A DNA stretch of 63,975 bases, the filler included, from Sluysia triapertura (Eukaryota), in NCBI GenBank assembly GCA_046118255.1. It is 5 parts of 5 records of this genome, joined end to end, with 100 filler letters (N's around TTAATTAATTAA, not from the genome) between each part and the next. Parts side by side here need not be neighbours in the genome. Positions count along the whole stretch, not along the records: positions 24,012 to 35,506 come from JBJNIA010184102.1; positions 35,607 to 53,110 come from JBJNIA010188277.1; 3 more parts are not named here. One strand, 5' to 3'. The notes under the pieces were generated by a model. That model made no database searches and had not been told where the DNA came from. It was given only the letters and a program-made list of their open reading frames with translations. This document shows, piece after piece, positions 28,852 through 43,306 of this stretch. Made by a program: the position numbers and the translations under genes. Every line of letters begins with the position of its first letter. The first letter of the stretch is position 1.

Positions 28852-30546
28852 GTACTTTTGTTATATTAATAATAATAATAATAATAATAGATTTAACTTT
28901 AGTATTCTTTTCTGTTAATATTTCATATATTTTAAATCAATAATATATTTGTGTACGTGTGCTGAGAAAGTTATTTTAAAATGTCAACTCTATTACTCAT
29001 TTTTATAATGTGTTTTGTGTAAAGTTTGTATGTACATTTAATTGTATATTTTTACAAATCTCAAAAAATTATTTTATTGATGAATTGTGAAAAAATTGAT
29101 GAGTCAGAGTAATACCTATTACCTACTAATATGTACTTATGAGTCATTAATTTATAGTTGATAATACTAATAATAGTAACATAATTATGGCAGTTATACA
29201 CATTTTAAAATTAATTATTAACTATTTTCAGTGACATGCTTTTTTATTATTTATTTAACACATTGTTAAATAATAATATTTATATAACATTGTTAATTCC
29301 TTTATCAATATCCATATTTAAGTGGTTTAAATAATTTATTTGTGTTACGAATAAATCACAAATCACTGAATTATGACCACCCTTGACAGAACTAGGAAGT
29401 GCGAGATATCTCGTCATCGATCCGCAAAATATTAGGTGTTTAGAAAGCTAATTGCTATAGATTAAAATTCTGAAATTGTTATATTTATGTTATTTTATTA
29501 TTAATTAATCATTGAGTATGTTAAAGTTTAAAAAAACCTGGATTAATTGGTTCTTTGATACTTTGTTTAAACATGTTCATATTTGAATCCTTATAATATT
29601 GGCTTTAGAAAAGAAAGTCACATTCTTTTGAATTATTTTTATGAGAAATTAATAATTTTATAATCTAAAATAAAACCAAAATACCTTAGTAATTTCGGTT
29701 GCTTAAAAGTTTTGATATTAAGAAAGAAATATATAAAAATACACTTAATTTAAGAATTAAATAAATGTTAGATTGAGATAACGTTCACATCCTCATTTGA
29801 AGAGTAATAATTAGTAATAATAATAATAATGATTAACTTTTAAGTTTTAATTTTTGTAAAAATTTACTTACAAAAGTAAGTAATATATATTAATTTTAAA
29901 TATATTTAAATAGACTAATTGGCATGTAAAAGTTAGTATGAATACTGATTCTTTTCAGTCAGTACTTCGCACTTTTAATTCATTTTATAGCATTCAATTT
30001 GTCAGTCGTCACAGTTCTAAGTATTCTAATTTAGATGCCACATTGATAATTTCTATATTTTCATAAGTTTAATATTCATACAAGGACATTCACATTGTGA
30101 ACATGTCAAAATCTTCTATTTCATTTAAGCTCGATTTATTGAGGGACAAATCTTAATAAAGTCACAAAGTGTATTTGATTAAAATGTTTTTTAATCGTAA
30201 TCTTTTGAATTAAGTATATCTTTGTATACTAATACATAGAACTATTTAATATTATTTGATATTTGATTTTTTTCGTTGTTCGTTTGATAGAATTGAACTT
30301 AGTCGTTTTAATTGTTTATTGTTAAAATGTAAATAGAAAAATTAATTCTAAGAAATTATGGAATTTGTACATGAACTAGTTTAGGTATGTGAGAAAAAAA
30401 GTGTTTGCGCAATGCATCTGGTCTTACCGGTTAGGGCTAGCCGTTGGATTTAAAAGTAAAAGAAAACTTCCAGAAGTTAATCTGATATGAGATTTTAAAT
30501 TTCTTCAATTAATGTCTTCATTTCTTCAATTGATAAATTTTATTGT

Positions 30547-30653
30547 GGTTCTTTATTAAATAGAACCTGAATAAACTTATTTTGATTTTAAGATGCAATT
30601 TAAATTTATCTTTATTATGGTTATATTGCTAAGGTTCTTTATTAAATAGAACC
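30547..30653. repeat. Duplicated palindrome GGTTCT-N9-AGAACC (86-bp spacing)
   Basis: ggttctttattaaatagaacc exact at 30547-30567 and 30633-30653. Confidence 0.85.
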
Positions 30654-31683
30654 AGGAAAAATAAAATAGTTTAATTTTTAAAATGTATATTAATTTACAC
30701 AGATTCTCTGTTTAAACGAAATCTTTAAAAAATTTGATTAGATTTTTCTCCGGTTTCGAAATTAAAAGAAACCGTTAAATTAAAAATGGAATTTTAAAGG
30801 TGATTTTACTTCGGTTTTTAAAAGAAACAGTTTTGTAAAGATTTGTTATTTTACTATGATTCTTAAAATGAACCAAAAAACAAATATTAAATATCTTATC
30901 AAATATTTTACGTGGGAGACTTTTCTTCTCTATATGTTAAAATTAAAAAGAACTTAATTAAGAAAATATATTACTTAAAACACAAAATATGTTTAAAGAA
31001 AATAATATAAAACTGTAAAACAGGTTTGTGATAAATATTTTATATTGATTATTTCTTAATAATCTTTAATGAGGTTTTACTTAGTTAACGTTTTAAAAGT
31101 TAACTATAATTTCAATTAGAGATATTTTAAGTAATTTTACTTAGCGACTAAAGTGTCGCGAAACATAATAAATTTAAACTAACAATAATCAAATTTTTTC
31201 GTAAATTACAAAAAGCCGAATCCCTAAAGCAGTTCCAATCAGGTTGTGGAAGAAATTATGAAATTTCTATTGAAGTATTATTATTTTATACTAAAATTAA
31301 AGTAACCTTGACTTAAATTAATTTAATGAAACAAAATTAGATATCTTTAGTTCAAAATTAAATTCAAAATTTATAATTGAATCTAAAATACTTACATTTA
31401 TAAATTTCCAAAAATATTAATTTTAATTCAAAAAATAAACGATTTAACAATTACTATAAAATAATCGATAATTTTAATAATAAATAAAATTTTTATAATT
31501 ATGCACATAGATATTATTAAATGTACACAAATAATTATTGACGCACATTATTATTGACAGGTAAAAGAATAATTTTGTCGAATTGAAACGAGTAATTATT
31601 TAAAATCAATACTATAGAAGTTATAATGCCAAAACTCATACAGTTATGTTAATATAATTTTGGATGTTATTTATTGTTGTAAT

Positions 31684-31775
31684 TACAGGTGCGCCTACTA
31701 CACGTTTTGTGACGTGTACTGTAACTGGTTCCTGTTAAAATTTATTTTGCTGTAGATTAGCATTAAGAAATCGTA
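31684..31775 (+). repeat. Dispersed repeat family X, copy B
   Basis: tacaggtgcgcctactac...gacgtgtactgtaactggttcctgttaaaatttattttgctgtag. Confidence 0.7.
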
Positions 31776-32479
31776 AACAAAAATAGAATGTAAGAACATG
31801 AAGTGGAGTTCACTACAATTAATTAGCAGGTCAATAAGGTTACAGTTTAAACAAAACATTGAAAGAATGAATTTACTACAATTTATAAGAAACTAAGGAA
31901 TACTAACAAACAGAAACCAACACACAATCACTAAAAGAATGTGCACAACAGAATAAATAAATTAATAAATTACAAAATTAACTTGGTCATTGTATAATGC
32001 GTATTTAGAAAGAGATTGATCAATAATTAGAGAAAAATTATTATAGAATAGAATAGAAGAATTTATTGGCCATAGTAAAATATTAGTGAAAAGTACTATA
32101 AAGTGGATTCATTTGACAACTGATAACTTGAATAGTTGAATAACTGATGCTTTATGTGAATATTTGTTATTTTGAATAATGAATAATTTAAATTAAATAA
32201 AATTTTAATTATTATTTATGGGTATCTTTTCTTTTTTCGTGTATTTTTATTTATTTACATTTGTTTCATTGTTATAAAATAATATATCTTCATGTGTTAA
32301 GAGTTTAATTCATTTCTGAGTATGGCGAATTGAAACTGATTTATTTTAATTACATAGACGAGTTCAAACTATCTTCACATTACAGAAACTAATTATAAAC
32401 CGATTTTTGATTAACCGAATTTATAAAAAATAAAAATATCAATTGTTACTAATAATTATGATTATTCGAGTAATATATT

Positions 32480-33204
32480 GCATAGTAGTATAGCATGTAT
32501 GAGTCTCAGCAATTGACTTAAAACCGAGTTATTTCATCAATAAAATGGTTTTAATCAAATTAACACTCCCCAATTTCATTTCTAGTGTCATTTCTAATAA
32601 AATACACTTTTCGACAAGATCAATAGTGATTTTTTTCTATTCTGAAATTATTACCGATATTTATTCTGATTCTGGGTCTGATACTGATGCTTATGACTTA
32701 TTCTTCATAAAAACATAATGATAATTACCGAAAAGATAGACTGGAAAACAAAAGAAAATATATAGAAACATTTATGTATCAATTAGATATGCAAGAAAGT
32801 GTCAATATCTTAGAAAGTCAACCTTTCATCTTATTGATGTATCAATACAAAATGCATATGCAATTAACAAATTCATTAACAACGAATATGTATCCTTTAT
32901 CTCCGATTGATAAGAAATATGTTTGAGAAATATTTATCGCAAAAAAACGATTTAGATTTTCCGCTTAGATTTACTGCGTGATATTTTCCATCAGAGCTTC
33001 AATTTAGAAGAAAATGTATTGTATGCAGCCAAACGAATAGAAGAGAAAAAAGAAAAGACACAAAATTTTAGTGCAGTGAATGCAACATTGGATTGTGCAT
33101 AGAACCTTGTTTTAAAGAGTATCACACTTTTAAACAATTTTAATAACTTAAATTAAATATTTTATTGAAAAATTTATCTTTAAAAAAGGCCGGTCCCGAA
33201 AGGG
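32480..33204 (+). mobile_element. piggyBac (PGBD4-like) remnant with Cys-rich C-terminus and right terminus
   Basis: RKSTFHLIDVSIQNAYAINKF; 33006-33143 RRKCIVCSQ...KF*CSECNIGLCIEPCFKEYHTFKQF*; terminus GGTCCCGAAAGGG|TTAA at 33204; left boundary approximate. Confidence 0.85.
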
Positions 33205-33399
33205 TTAAATAATACAAACATAATAAAATTGCATAAAATGAAACATAAAATCAACACAATTATTTTAAAAGTTATATAAAAGTAATACAACGGAATATAA
33301 ATATTTTTATTAAATATGTGACATTGTATTTTCATTATTTTGGTCATGACGTTGTCATAATTTATTTTGGTTCTTATTTTTATCTTACGTAAAATAAAT

Positions 33400-34820
33400 C
33401 TCTCCCTGTCCAGAAATATGATAAACATTTGCAACAAAAAAGTAAAATAAAACTAAAATTTAACACAAAAATTATACACACAAAATTAAAATATGTACAT
33501 TTTATTAACAAAATATAATTAAATACAAATTATTTTTATTATAATACTAATTTAATTAAAATAATATTTGGCCTTATTGTATGGTTTTTCGGAACGTAAA
33601 AAATTTTTAGCTAATCCACCCTCGCGACGAAGTTTTGCCTTATTTATGAGGAATGAGAATTTCGCAGATGTTTGTAATGTGCTAAAATCGTTATCAAGAT
33701 TTATTAAATTGAACATAATCAATTTATTAATTGCAACGATTGGTCGATTTTAAAAAATCAAAATCAAGTGCATTTAAATCAGGACTATTTGAAGGTTGTG
33801 AGTTAAATTTGATAATCCAACTATCAGCAGAACCTACAATATCTTCATAATTATCACAGAAACGTAGTTTTGCATTATTTTGCTGTAAGTAAAATGTTTT
33901 GCTTTTATACGTTTTGGAAATTTTGATTTAATTTCTGGAATAATATTTTCTAATCATTTTTTCCACATTTTTTGGTTTTTATTGTTCTTTTAGGACTGTT
34001 AGAATTTCTTCGAGGTGGTTCTTGATATAAGAATGGCCATATTCCAATTTTACTGTTAAAATAATACTTTCGATGTGCATCAGAGCGTGGTCATGAATAT
34101 ACTTTCGTGATGAATCTTTTGCTTTTTGCAATTTCTCTGAGGTTCTTGTCTAATGTTAGATAATAAGAACGTTTAATTTTATAAGATAAAACCAATTTTC
34201 GTTAATATGAACGTGGTCACATAAATCATCAAAATAAAATCTCCGTTATTGATAAGACTTACCTTTGACAAGCTGTAATCTTATTTATTTTTATCCGTTA
34301 AAATAAGTTTAACTGTAGAAAATATTCACTTAAAACAGTTTCGCTGTTTAAATATAAACGAAATTGATTTTGGAATATTAATTGTAACAGAAAGACTACG
34401 AATTGTTTCTCAACTATTCTTTATTTGAGCTAAATTGTCAGAATACTATTTTCGTTTTCTTTCGCATTTATTATTTTTTTGAGATTGTGCTTTATGCTAA
34501 ATTCTACTTACGGTCAGACAGGTTACTTGAATAATGCAGTAATGCGCTGTAATAATTTTTTCTTCGGTCAATTGTTTATACTTGGCATCTCTTCTTTTTA
34601 AGTTTCTGAATTTTTCTTCAGAATTTTCCATTTTCAATCATAGCGGGACCTTAAAAGCTTATTTTTGATCGTCAAGTTCTAACTTTACACGAACGCAACA
34701 CCTGTCAATACTTACAATACTTACATTCAATACTTACAATACTAATATAATGAATATTGCCATGTGTTTTCGATATTCTCGATAATCTATGATTTTTTTG
34801 AAATGTTTTTGGAGAGGAAG
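33400..34820 (-). mobile_element. Near full-length decayed mariner of the plant-type (DD39D-like) family
   Basis: Minus: HVHINENWFYLIK (VHIDEKWFY), KSKRFITKV, YFNSKIGIWPFL (FDGKIGIWPF), YLQQNNA (IQQDNA), QPSNSPDLNALDFDF (QPPNSPDLNVLDLGFF); ends CTCTCCCTGTCC (33400) and GGAGAGGAAG|TA (34820) resemble CTCCCTCCGT TIRs. Confidence 0.85.
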
Positions 34821-35226
34821 TATTTTATTATCCAATAATTGCGTTTATTTCGAACATAAAAGAACATATAATTATTGTTATAATTAGATTTAGAATATGC
34901 CTTTTGATATTAAATGTAGTTATAAGTCTAACTCATGTTTTAATTATTTAGATTTTTTCTGTAACTAACACAATTAGAATGAATAAAGTTCATTGCATGC
35001 ATGTAAACATTTGAAGGGTTTATCTAGTTTTGCGAGTGTTTAAATTACAAAATTCTAATTATATTATTTAGATTTTTTAATTTTAATTAGTTTTAACGAT
35101 ATTCATTTGGTTCATTGTTTATATTGTTTTAATTTATACTTAATTTTATTAAGGTACTTTTAATAGTTAAATATGATAAGTATTATTTCAATGTTTATTC
35201 TTTTTTGTGATTTTCTAATAGATGCA

Positions 35227-35271
<45 letters not shown>

Positions 35272-35292
35272 AATAATAATAATAATAATAAT
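35227..35292. repeat. (ATT)n immediately followed by (AAT)n (self-complementary microsatellite)
   Basis: Direct reading. Confidence 0.9.
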
Positions 35293-35506
35293 ATTTTATA
35301 CATTAAAATTGCTTGAAGATATTAGTCTATTTTTTTAAAAGTTTTTAATTAGGTTCATTTATAATCAATATTTATAACGTCTGGGATTGTAGAGATGAAA
35401 ATACGAATCTTAAAAATCAAATTAAATTTAAAATGTCAAAAATAAATTATAAATTATATTTTATAACTGCAAGACACAAGTGGAAATGTACAACATACAA
35501 TTGTTA

Positions 35507-35606
35507 NNNNNNNNNNNNNNNNNNNNNNNNNNNNNNNNNNNNNNNNNNNNTTAATTAATTAANNNNNNNNNNNNNNNNNNNNNNNNNNNNNNNNNNNNNN
35601 NNNNNN
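35507..35606. other. Assembly spacer 44N-TTAATTAATTAA-44N
   Basis: Same structure as 12397. Confidence 0.97.
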
Positions 35607-36097
35607 ATATATAGATTTTATAATATATCTATTGTATCATTTTATTTATTAAAATTGTATTGGTTATTGAATTGATTTATATTAATTAAAATTTAAACAA
35701 AAATTAAAATTGTTATAAATAAATTTCAACTTTAACAAATATATTACTGAAGTTTTCTTATTTTAAATTGTACATAAAAAATTTATATCGTTGTTATAAT
35801 ACTTTGAAAGATTATTTGTAATCATGTACAATAAATTGTATAGCTATTGTTTTATATATTAATATATTTGTGTACTTTAATGTTTTTTAAAATAAATTTA
35901 TGATATTAATCGTTATTCTATGAACTTTTATTTGCGTAATAATATAAACTTTGATACTTATTATAATGTAATAAAAAATTAAAATAATCTCTCAATGATA
36001 AAACTTAAATAGTTATAAAATTATACTTAATTAAAACAAATGCCGATTTTACATTGATTACTAAAGATCAAACTGATCATATTTAACCTACACCAAT

Positions 36098-36106
36098 TAT
36101 TATTGC

Positions 36107-36149
<43 letters not shown>
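36098..36149. repeat. (ATT)n microsatellite
   Basis: Direct reading. Confidence 0.9.
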
Positions 36150-37499
36150 GCTGTTGTTTATCTAGTGACCTATACCTAGTTCAACTATACCTACAATTTG
36201 ATTATTATTTTGTCCATTATTTCGAGTTGACCTTGTATTATTACAATAAAACAAAAAATAAATAAATTATTTAATTAGACATTTTCTCCTTACAGATTGA
36301 AAATATACATAAAATAAGTGGATTATTATTTATTCATTTTTTCTGTTTTTTTGCGCATTATATAAACAAATTTTTGTGTAAAAATTGATTTAGAAAAAAA
36401 AATATTCGTATTATAAGAACTTATTTTTTGATGGATTTTATTAAGAAATAATCAATGTTTATGCTTTATTGAAATAACATTATTAATTAATTTTTGTTTA
36501 AATTAGAAGTTACAATAAAATAGTTACTGTGAATTAGAAATAAAACAAAAACGAATATTGTTCTATAATTGTAGTTATTGTTTTAAAATTTTATATTTCT
36601 GAGTGCTTAAATATCATATTTTTATCATATATTGAGTAAATATTTGTAATTTTATATATAGTACATCCTAAAACTTCATAGTAATAATTTTGGAAGTAAT
36701 AATTATTATTGTCAAAGGTTGTCACATTTTAACAAAAGTAATAACAATAATTGAGAAAATGACGAGGTTAGGCCCTTTATTCTAAATAATAAATACATAT
36801 GATGTATTTTAATTAATGATATTTTAAGGCCTATCGTCAATGTAACAAAACAAAAAAATTATTTATGGTTTAACACCAATTGGTATAAATTGTATAAATA
36901 ACGACGATAATAGCTACTAATTCACAATGCAAAACGAGAATAACAAAAAAGTGGTAAAAAATTTAGAATTTCGAATAATATTCCGACGAATTCAATTCAC
37001 TTAGTTTAAAATTCATATTGCAATCGGATCTAAGTTAATTTTTTGGTCATTCATTATTGGAGTGGTCTAAAATTATTGGAAGAAATTGAATAAATTTGGG
37101 CTGCTTCAAATTTATTTTATCAAAGGAAATAAATCAATTTTGACTGCGATTATTATTACTGTCAAAAATTGTAAGTTAATTTTTACTAAGTTCTCATCCT
37201 TAAACAAATTAAGGATTAAATTTATAATCAATAATATTTTCCACACTTGAATAAGTCTAGTAGTATTGAAATATTAATAAAATCAATTTCCATTATTAAG
37301 AGAAATCTTAATAATTTAACATCGTATTATATTATATTACTTGAATCTTGTAGTAGTTTTTGTTTCATAATTATTGAAGAGATTTAAATAATTGTAATGC
37401 ATACTTCGTTATTAGTTATTGTTTTCCCTAACCAAGATAAATTAAATTAAATTAAAGAGATTCAGTAAAAGTGCAACGTGTTAACTGTGATAGTGTAGT

Positions 37500-39165
37500 A
37501 TAAGTGAACCTATTTAATACTTCGATTAAGAGAATACAAATAACTTCAGATAAGTAAATAATTAAATAGGTTATGTAAAAGAGACTATATATATATATAT
37601 ATATATAAACTCTGTGACCACGTCGTCTCAGTGGATATGAACCAAGAATAAATACATTTTGTAAGCCATAAAAGCACATAAAAGACTTGCAAAACTTGGC
37701 GCCTAAATTGGGACCACAACAAAATATATATCTGCTTATATAAGAATTAAGTTTGTATAACATTAATTTTAATAATTCGCTTCGTTGTTGGAATAATATT
37801 AAATATTAAGTTTAAGTATGATAAGTTTTTAAAAAGTTTACATTTTCAATTTCAATTTGTTTAGGTTATAACTTTAAGAACTGACATTGTTATGTTATAA
37901 TCATCTGGACACGTAAGCAAGATTTTTTGAGGTCTACGATGATTTTAAGTTTCACACAGGTTTTAATTTGTTAAGATTTTTGCTTTGATTTAAGTTTTAT
38001 AAATTTTGTGAATTTAAGTAAATCAAATCTAAATGTGCACATTTTTCGATTTTCCAATATCAACAACTTCCAATATATAAGTTTAGAGACAAAATTCCTG
38101 ATGAGAAAAAAAGATGCAACTTTAATGAGTTATGTTCCGAACTAAGAACTTATCTTAGTATGTTTGATACACAATCATTTAAGAAATCCGACTTGTCGAG
38201 CCGAAGAAAAAGATATTATAAGTTATATAAGTAGTAATAGTAGTTTTAAGAAAGAAGTCAAGAATAAAATTCAAGAAATGAATTTCTAAACTATAATTAT
38301 TATGAAAGCTTTAGATAATATCAATTACTAAAGGAAAAACGAATAATTTCAGTCCAAGAAATAATTACTATAATTCAAAAAAGAAGAAATACAAGAAAAT
38401 TAGCAAGGGTTTGGCTCAAGAAATTTCGAGCAAAGGCCGAATAATTAAATGACTGTTTTTTAGGTAGAAACAAGAGTCTGGAAGACCAAACAATTATAAC
38501 AACAAATACAACAGCGGAAGTAATAATTAGAAGATTCAAACAAGTATAGAGTGCTAAGTAGTGCGCCAAGTATATTGTGTCAAACAAGGGCACTATGCGA
38601 GAAATTATAAGAAATTAAAAAATGTTACTTTTAATCAACGATTAACTAAGATGCAGCATTGCCAACTACCAAAGGAATAGGACCTTTTAAGAAAGATAAA
38701 ATTTGACAAGAATATTAATGACAGGTATGACGATGAAGGATAATAAGAAAATAGATATGAAAGACATTCAAGAAGACTAATAAAAGAAGAATTTTATAAA
38801 ACAAAAGATTTTGACGAAAGAAAACCAGGGGAAGAGGACGAAACTTAATTAATTAATTATAAGAATACTTCTTGAAATTTTAAGAAAAGAAAAGAAGAAA
38901 GGACCAAGAAAGACGAGTTGCTTAAAAATGGACAGAAATAATTAAAAATGTACAAGAAATAGAAATAGCTGAACAAAGTTTAAGAAAATTGGATAAACAG
39001 GAAGATAATATTAATGTGATATTACTTATAACTAAGAATGACGAAGAAATATTTGAAGAAATGAGCCTATTCGTTGAATAAACATAAAAAGATAGTGTAT
39101 CGGACTCCGATATTTTGAGTGAAAATGAACCAACAATAATCTCATTATTATTATTATTATTTTTA

Positions 39166-39212
<47 letters not shown>

Positions 39213-39750
39213 TTGTCTTGACCCATTTTACGCAACCATTAAAAAGGAATCCTAATAAGTTTGAATATCCGAATTAAAATTGTGAATGCTTTCTAATATT
39301 ATTTAATATAAAGAAAAAATATCACTAGTGTTAAAATCTAAAAATCATGTAATTCTGCAGCAAGATGGGATTCTAGCAGAATATGCTTTTACAGTTTGTG
39401 ATGCATGTCTGAGATTTTCCCAGTAGCTATGAATTCCGTGGAGATCACCGAAATAAAATTTCTTCTCATCGATAAAATTAAGTGATTTTCAGAAAAGATG
39501 AATCTTTGTTGGAATTTGGAATTTTGTTTATTTTTCCACATAGAATTTATTCGCAAGTAATAATGGATACAGAGTTTCGGAATAATCTGATTTAAATCTG
39601 GTTTAAATCTCATAAGAACATTGGTCTTTGAACTTTTTATATCATATCTTAGCATATTTTGATCATAATTTCGAATTAAATCTTTAAGGCGACTAATTAC
39701 ACGAGCTACGCTTCTATATCTACATATCTGGCCTAAAAGAACATCATTTG
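37500..39750 (+). mobile_element. Decayed Ty3/Gypsy-like LTR retrotransposon (LTR end, PBS, gag, integrase)
   Basis: PBS TGGCGCCTAAATTGGGAC at 37697-37714; knuckle CVKQGHYARNYK at 38576-38611; integrase-like FTVCDACLRFS (~39390) and FPHRIYSQVIMDTEFRNNLI (~39535); (ATT)n at 39143-39212; RT not seen. Confidence 0.7.
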
Positions 39751-42700
39751 AAATCTTTCAAAATCAGTTAGACATTTGTTTTATCATATGTAAAAATAGA
39801 TTTCTTTGAAAATAACTTGATAATATTATGAATAATTTTTTATTACAAAAGACAAAGACATTTTCGTTAATTAAGGCATGAGGCTATTTCATTTTGTCAA
39901 TCCCTAATTTCTAAAACGATATATTTTAAACATTTTTCATTTCAAATTGTTGTTAAATGTAAATAAGAAAATCAGTATTTAATTTTTTTCTATAGCTAAG
40001 TTAGATCTAAAATAAATAAAGATCTAATTATTTGTGATCTTTCCATTAAGAAAACTTGAAAATGTCTAAATTCGTTATTTGTTACAAAAAACAATTACAA
40101 AGTAGTTGTAAAAATAATATAGAATTTTATTTAGCTTTTATATTTTTATATAAAAATTTGTGATTAAATTTTAAATGTTAATCATTAACTTTAGAACATC
40201 TTTTATTTTTTATATTTTTTTTATATTTTATATTTTTATATTTTATATTTTTATATATACCTTAAGGTATATTTAATATAAAATCAAAAAAACAAGAATA
40301 TCATAAAAATAAATAGTGTGGAAACTAAAGAATTTATTGTTTATCAATTATTTAATCATTTTATCAATCGAATCTGTATGACATTTCATGTTCTAAATTA
40401 ATGAATCTTTAGAACTTTTTCTTGATCAAAACTTTAACAATAATTCTATTTTACTTATACATATCCAAATTTGTTCATATAAAAGAATGGTCACTATTTC
40501 TGTTTATGTTACGTTTACTTTAATTCGTGTCCCATGTGTATTTCGTAATGTGAACCTTGTTATTTTTATAATACATACTATTGTTTCAATTTTACGTTTA
40601 TTTCGTAATATCGAAACATTAAATGGAAATACATGTTGAATTTTATTAGAAAATTATATTAATAAACCAAATTAAATAATATTTAAATAAAATTATAAAA
40701 AACAACAAATTTTTTTATAAAGAGTTATAACATCTTAGCCAAATACACAATATTCCATTTTCATATTTTCATTATAAAATACATGATTCCAAATTTTGCA
40801 CGAATATTTCAATTATGATTAGATCAAATTAAAATAATATTCACTATATAGTAAAATAATCTAAAAACCTGATTTGCAAACTAAATGCACAATGTAAAAC
40901 TGGAAAATCATTACTTAAAATTAGTTAATGACTTTTAAATATGTTTTAATTTTTCAAGAACATTAAAGAAATTATGCTTTCAATATATGAAATAGTTGAC
41001 TAAGATAATATTATTTAGTTAGATCATCATTGTTTTGAAAATTAATTTAAGGACATTTAAATAGTTCATATATATGTATTTAATGAGCACATACAGATTC
41101 CGCATTTTAAAAAAGTTATATAACCAATACACCTCACGATAACAACAAATAGTAAATAATTGTATGAAAAATAAAGCAAATATTTTTATTATTTATATTA
41201 AATAATATATTTACAAGTAAGATTTACATGAGTTGCTTATTAATGTCGTGTTTGATAATTATCGAATCATACTAAATCGTTTTTAAATATTAGAAATAGT
41301 TTTGTTTCCTTTGTATTTCTAGAAAGTAAAAAATAAAAGAAGATTATAAAGCCCAATATATTTATTTTAACATTGTTGGAATATTATGTAAAATTATAAA
41401 ATTTTATATAATATAAAAATACTTATATTAATGACTGTTACCGTTGGGCATTTCCAATACATGTATCAAAAATGTATCTGTATAAGACTGTGTTTTTATT
41501 TAAAAAGTACATTAAAATGTATTTTTCAGAAACGATAGTAAAAATGACAATTATAGAACCAAGTACAATGGAAATAATTCAAATTAATGCATCTAAGTTC
41601 AGAAAAATCGTTTTGCTGTGTTAATATTTGAATATTAATGAAATATTTCCTTTTCTGGTATATTTCAACATCTTTAAGCATTATTTTCTTAATCTAGAAA
41701 GTTTTTCGAAAGTAGTTCGAATTGTCAAACTTTTTTGTAACCAAATATAGGAATGTTACATTCTAAGTATTACTTTCAAATTAAAAATGAAGCAAAATCA
41801 GTTACAAATTAAAATTTTTGATACAATCTATTTTTTCAAGAGAGAATTTTCAAAACTGATATTAAACAAAATACAAAAACGTTATGGATTCGAATAAATT
41901 TTAAAGCAAAAATAGTCAAATATTTCGAGATATTGCCAGAATTTCAAATTAAAATAGAAATATTCAATTATGAAAATACCGATCATACAAAAATATTCCA
42001 AATATCTTTTTCAGACAGAAAAATTCGTTAAAACTAGATTTAAACAATTAAAACATCTTATTGATTTATTTTGGTTATTAGAAAAGTTTCAAAAGAAGAA
42101 TTAAAATACATAAAGATGATTTAGAAGTTATTCTGACGAATATTAATATTGTAAAATATGTTTTTGTAAAAAAAACGCATTATGATGGCATTATGGCTTA
42201 AATGGAAACGTCATTAGAATATTATCAAAATTCTTTTAAAATGTTTCATTTTTATAATTTTATTTTTTTAAATATATATACATAAATATTATAAACATTT
42301 GTATATTATTTGTACAACAGTTTTTGTATTAGGGGTTTATATTTTTATGATCAATGCCAGGTTACCATCACAACCCTCTCAAATCATCAAATTTCTTAAT
42401 ACATATCTTTTAAAATCGTCAATTTCCATAATGGATATTATTTTCTAAAAAAGTAATCGAAAAGAATTTTCGAGAAAATCCAGTCAATTCTCATTGGTTG
42501 ATAACTAGTTGATAACTATTACAAATTCACAAAAATTTGCCAGTAATAACAGTGGAACAATACAAACAACAAGGACAGCGAAAGAGAAATTTATATAAAT
42601 TATAATTTTCTCCCGTCACTAATTCTCGTTAGCTATTAATTCAGTGATAAAATTTAGTCGAAAATTTAGTGATATCAGCCTGAATTTATTTCATCGAGTG

Positions 42701-43045
42701 CCTATTTTTTTTCTTTATTATTCAGAAAGTTATTTTTATAAGGAAGTTTCAATCATGGAGGTTGGAATAGTAAAATATTAGGCAAAATCATGTAATTTAG
42801 TGATTAAGAATTAAATACCTAAAATATTTATCTTTTTCTTTATATTAATACTAAATCTGATAATATATTGTAATAAACCTTACATTGTTTCAATTTATTT
42901 TCATATTAATTTTAGATTAGATTGGTTGTAATAATATATTCGAGCTCTCTTAAGGTAGAGGCACAAAATAAGAATATTATCAAGGTCGTATTAAGTAAAC
43001 TGAAAGGATAAAAACAAAAAGATATTACAAATTAAGTCGTCATAA

Positions 43046-43094
43046 GTCGTTAACTGTTACCGGACCTTGCTCAATTTTAAGAAAACCACCACAA
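43046..43094 (+). repeat. Dispersed repeat family X, copy C (internally deleted)
   Basis: gtcgttaactgttaccggaccttgctcaattttaagaaaaccac. Confidence 0.7.
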
Positions 43095-43306
43095 TCGATT
43101 GGATCTATTTAAACAAAATATTATTTAATCAACATATTTAATAAGAGTCAAGTAGGACTTATCTTTTAGCTTAATATTTAAAACCTTTATGCCATTTTTA
43201 ATGATGACTATTAAATTTAAGTAAACGATTCAGATTGACTCTTTATAACATAAAATTATAAAACATTTTTTCAAAACAAATGATATTTTTTAATCATACT
43301 TTGTAT

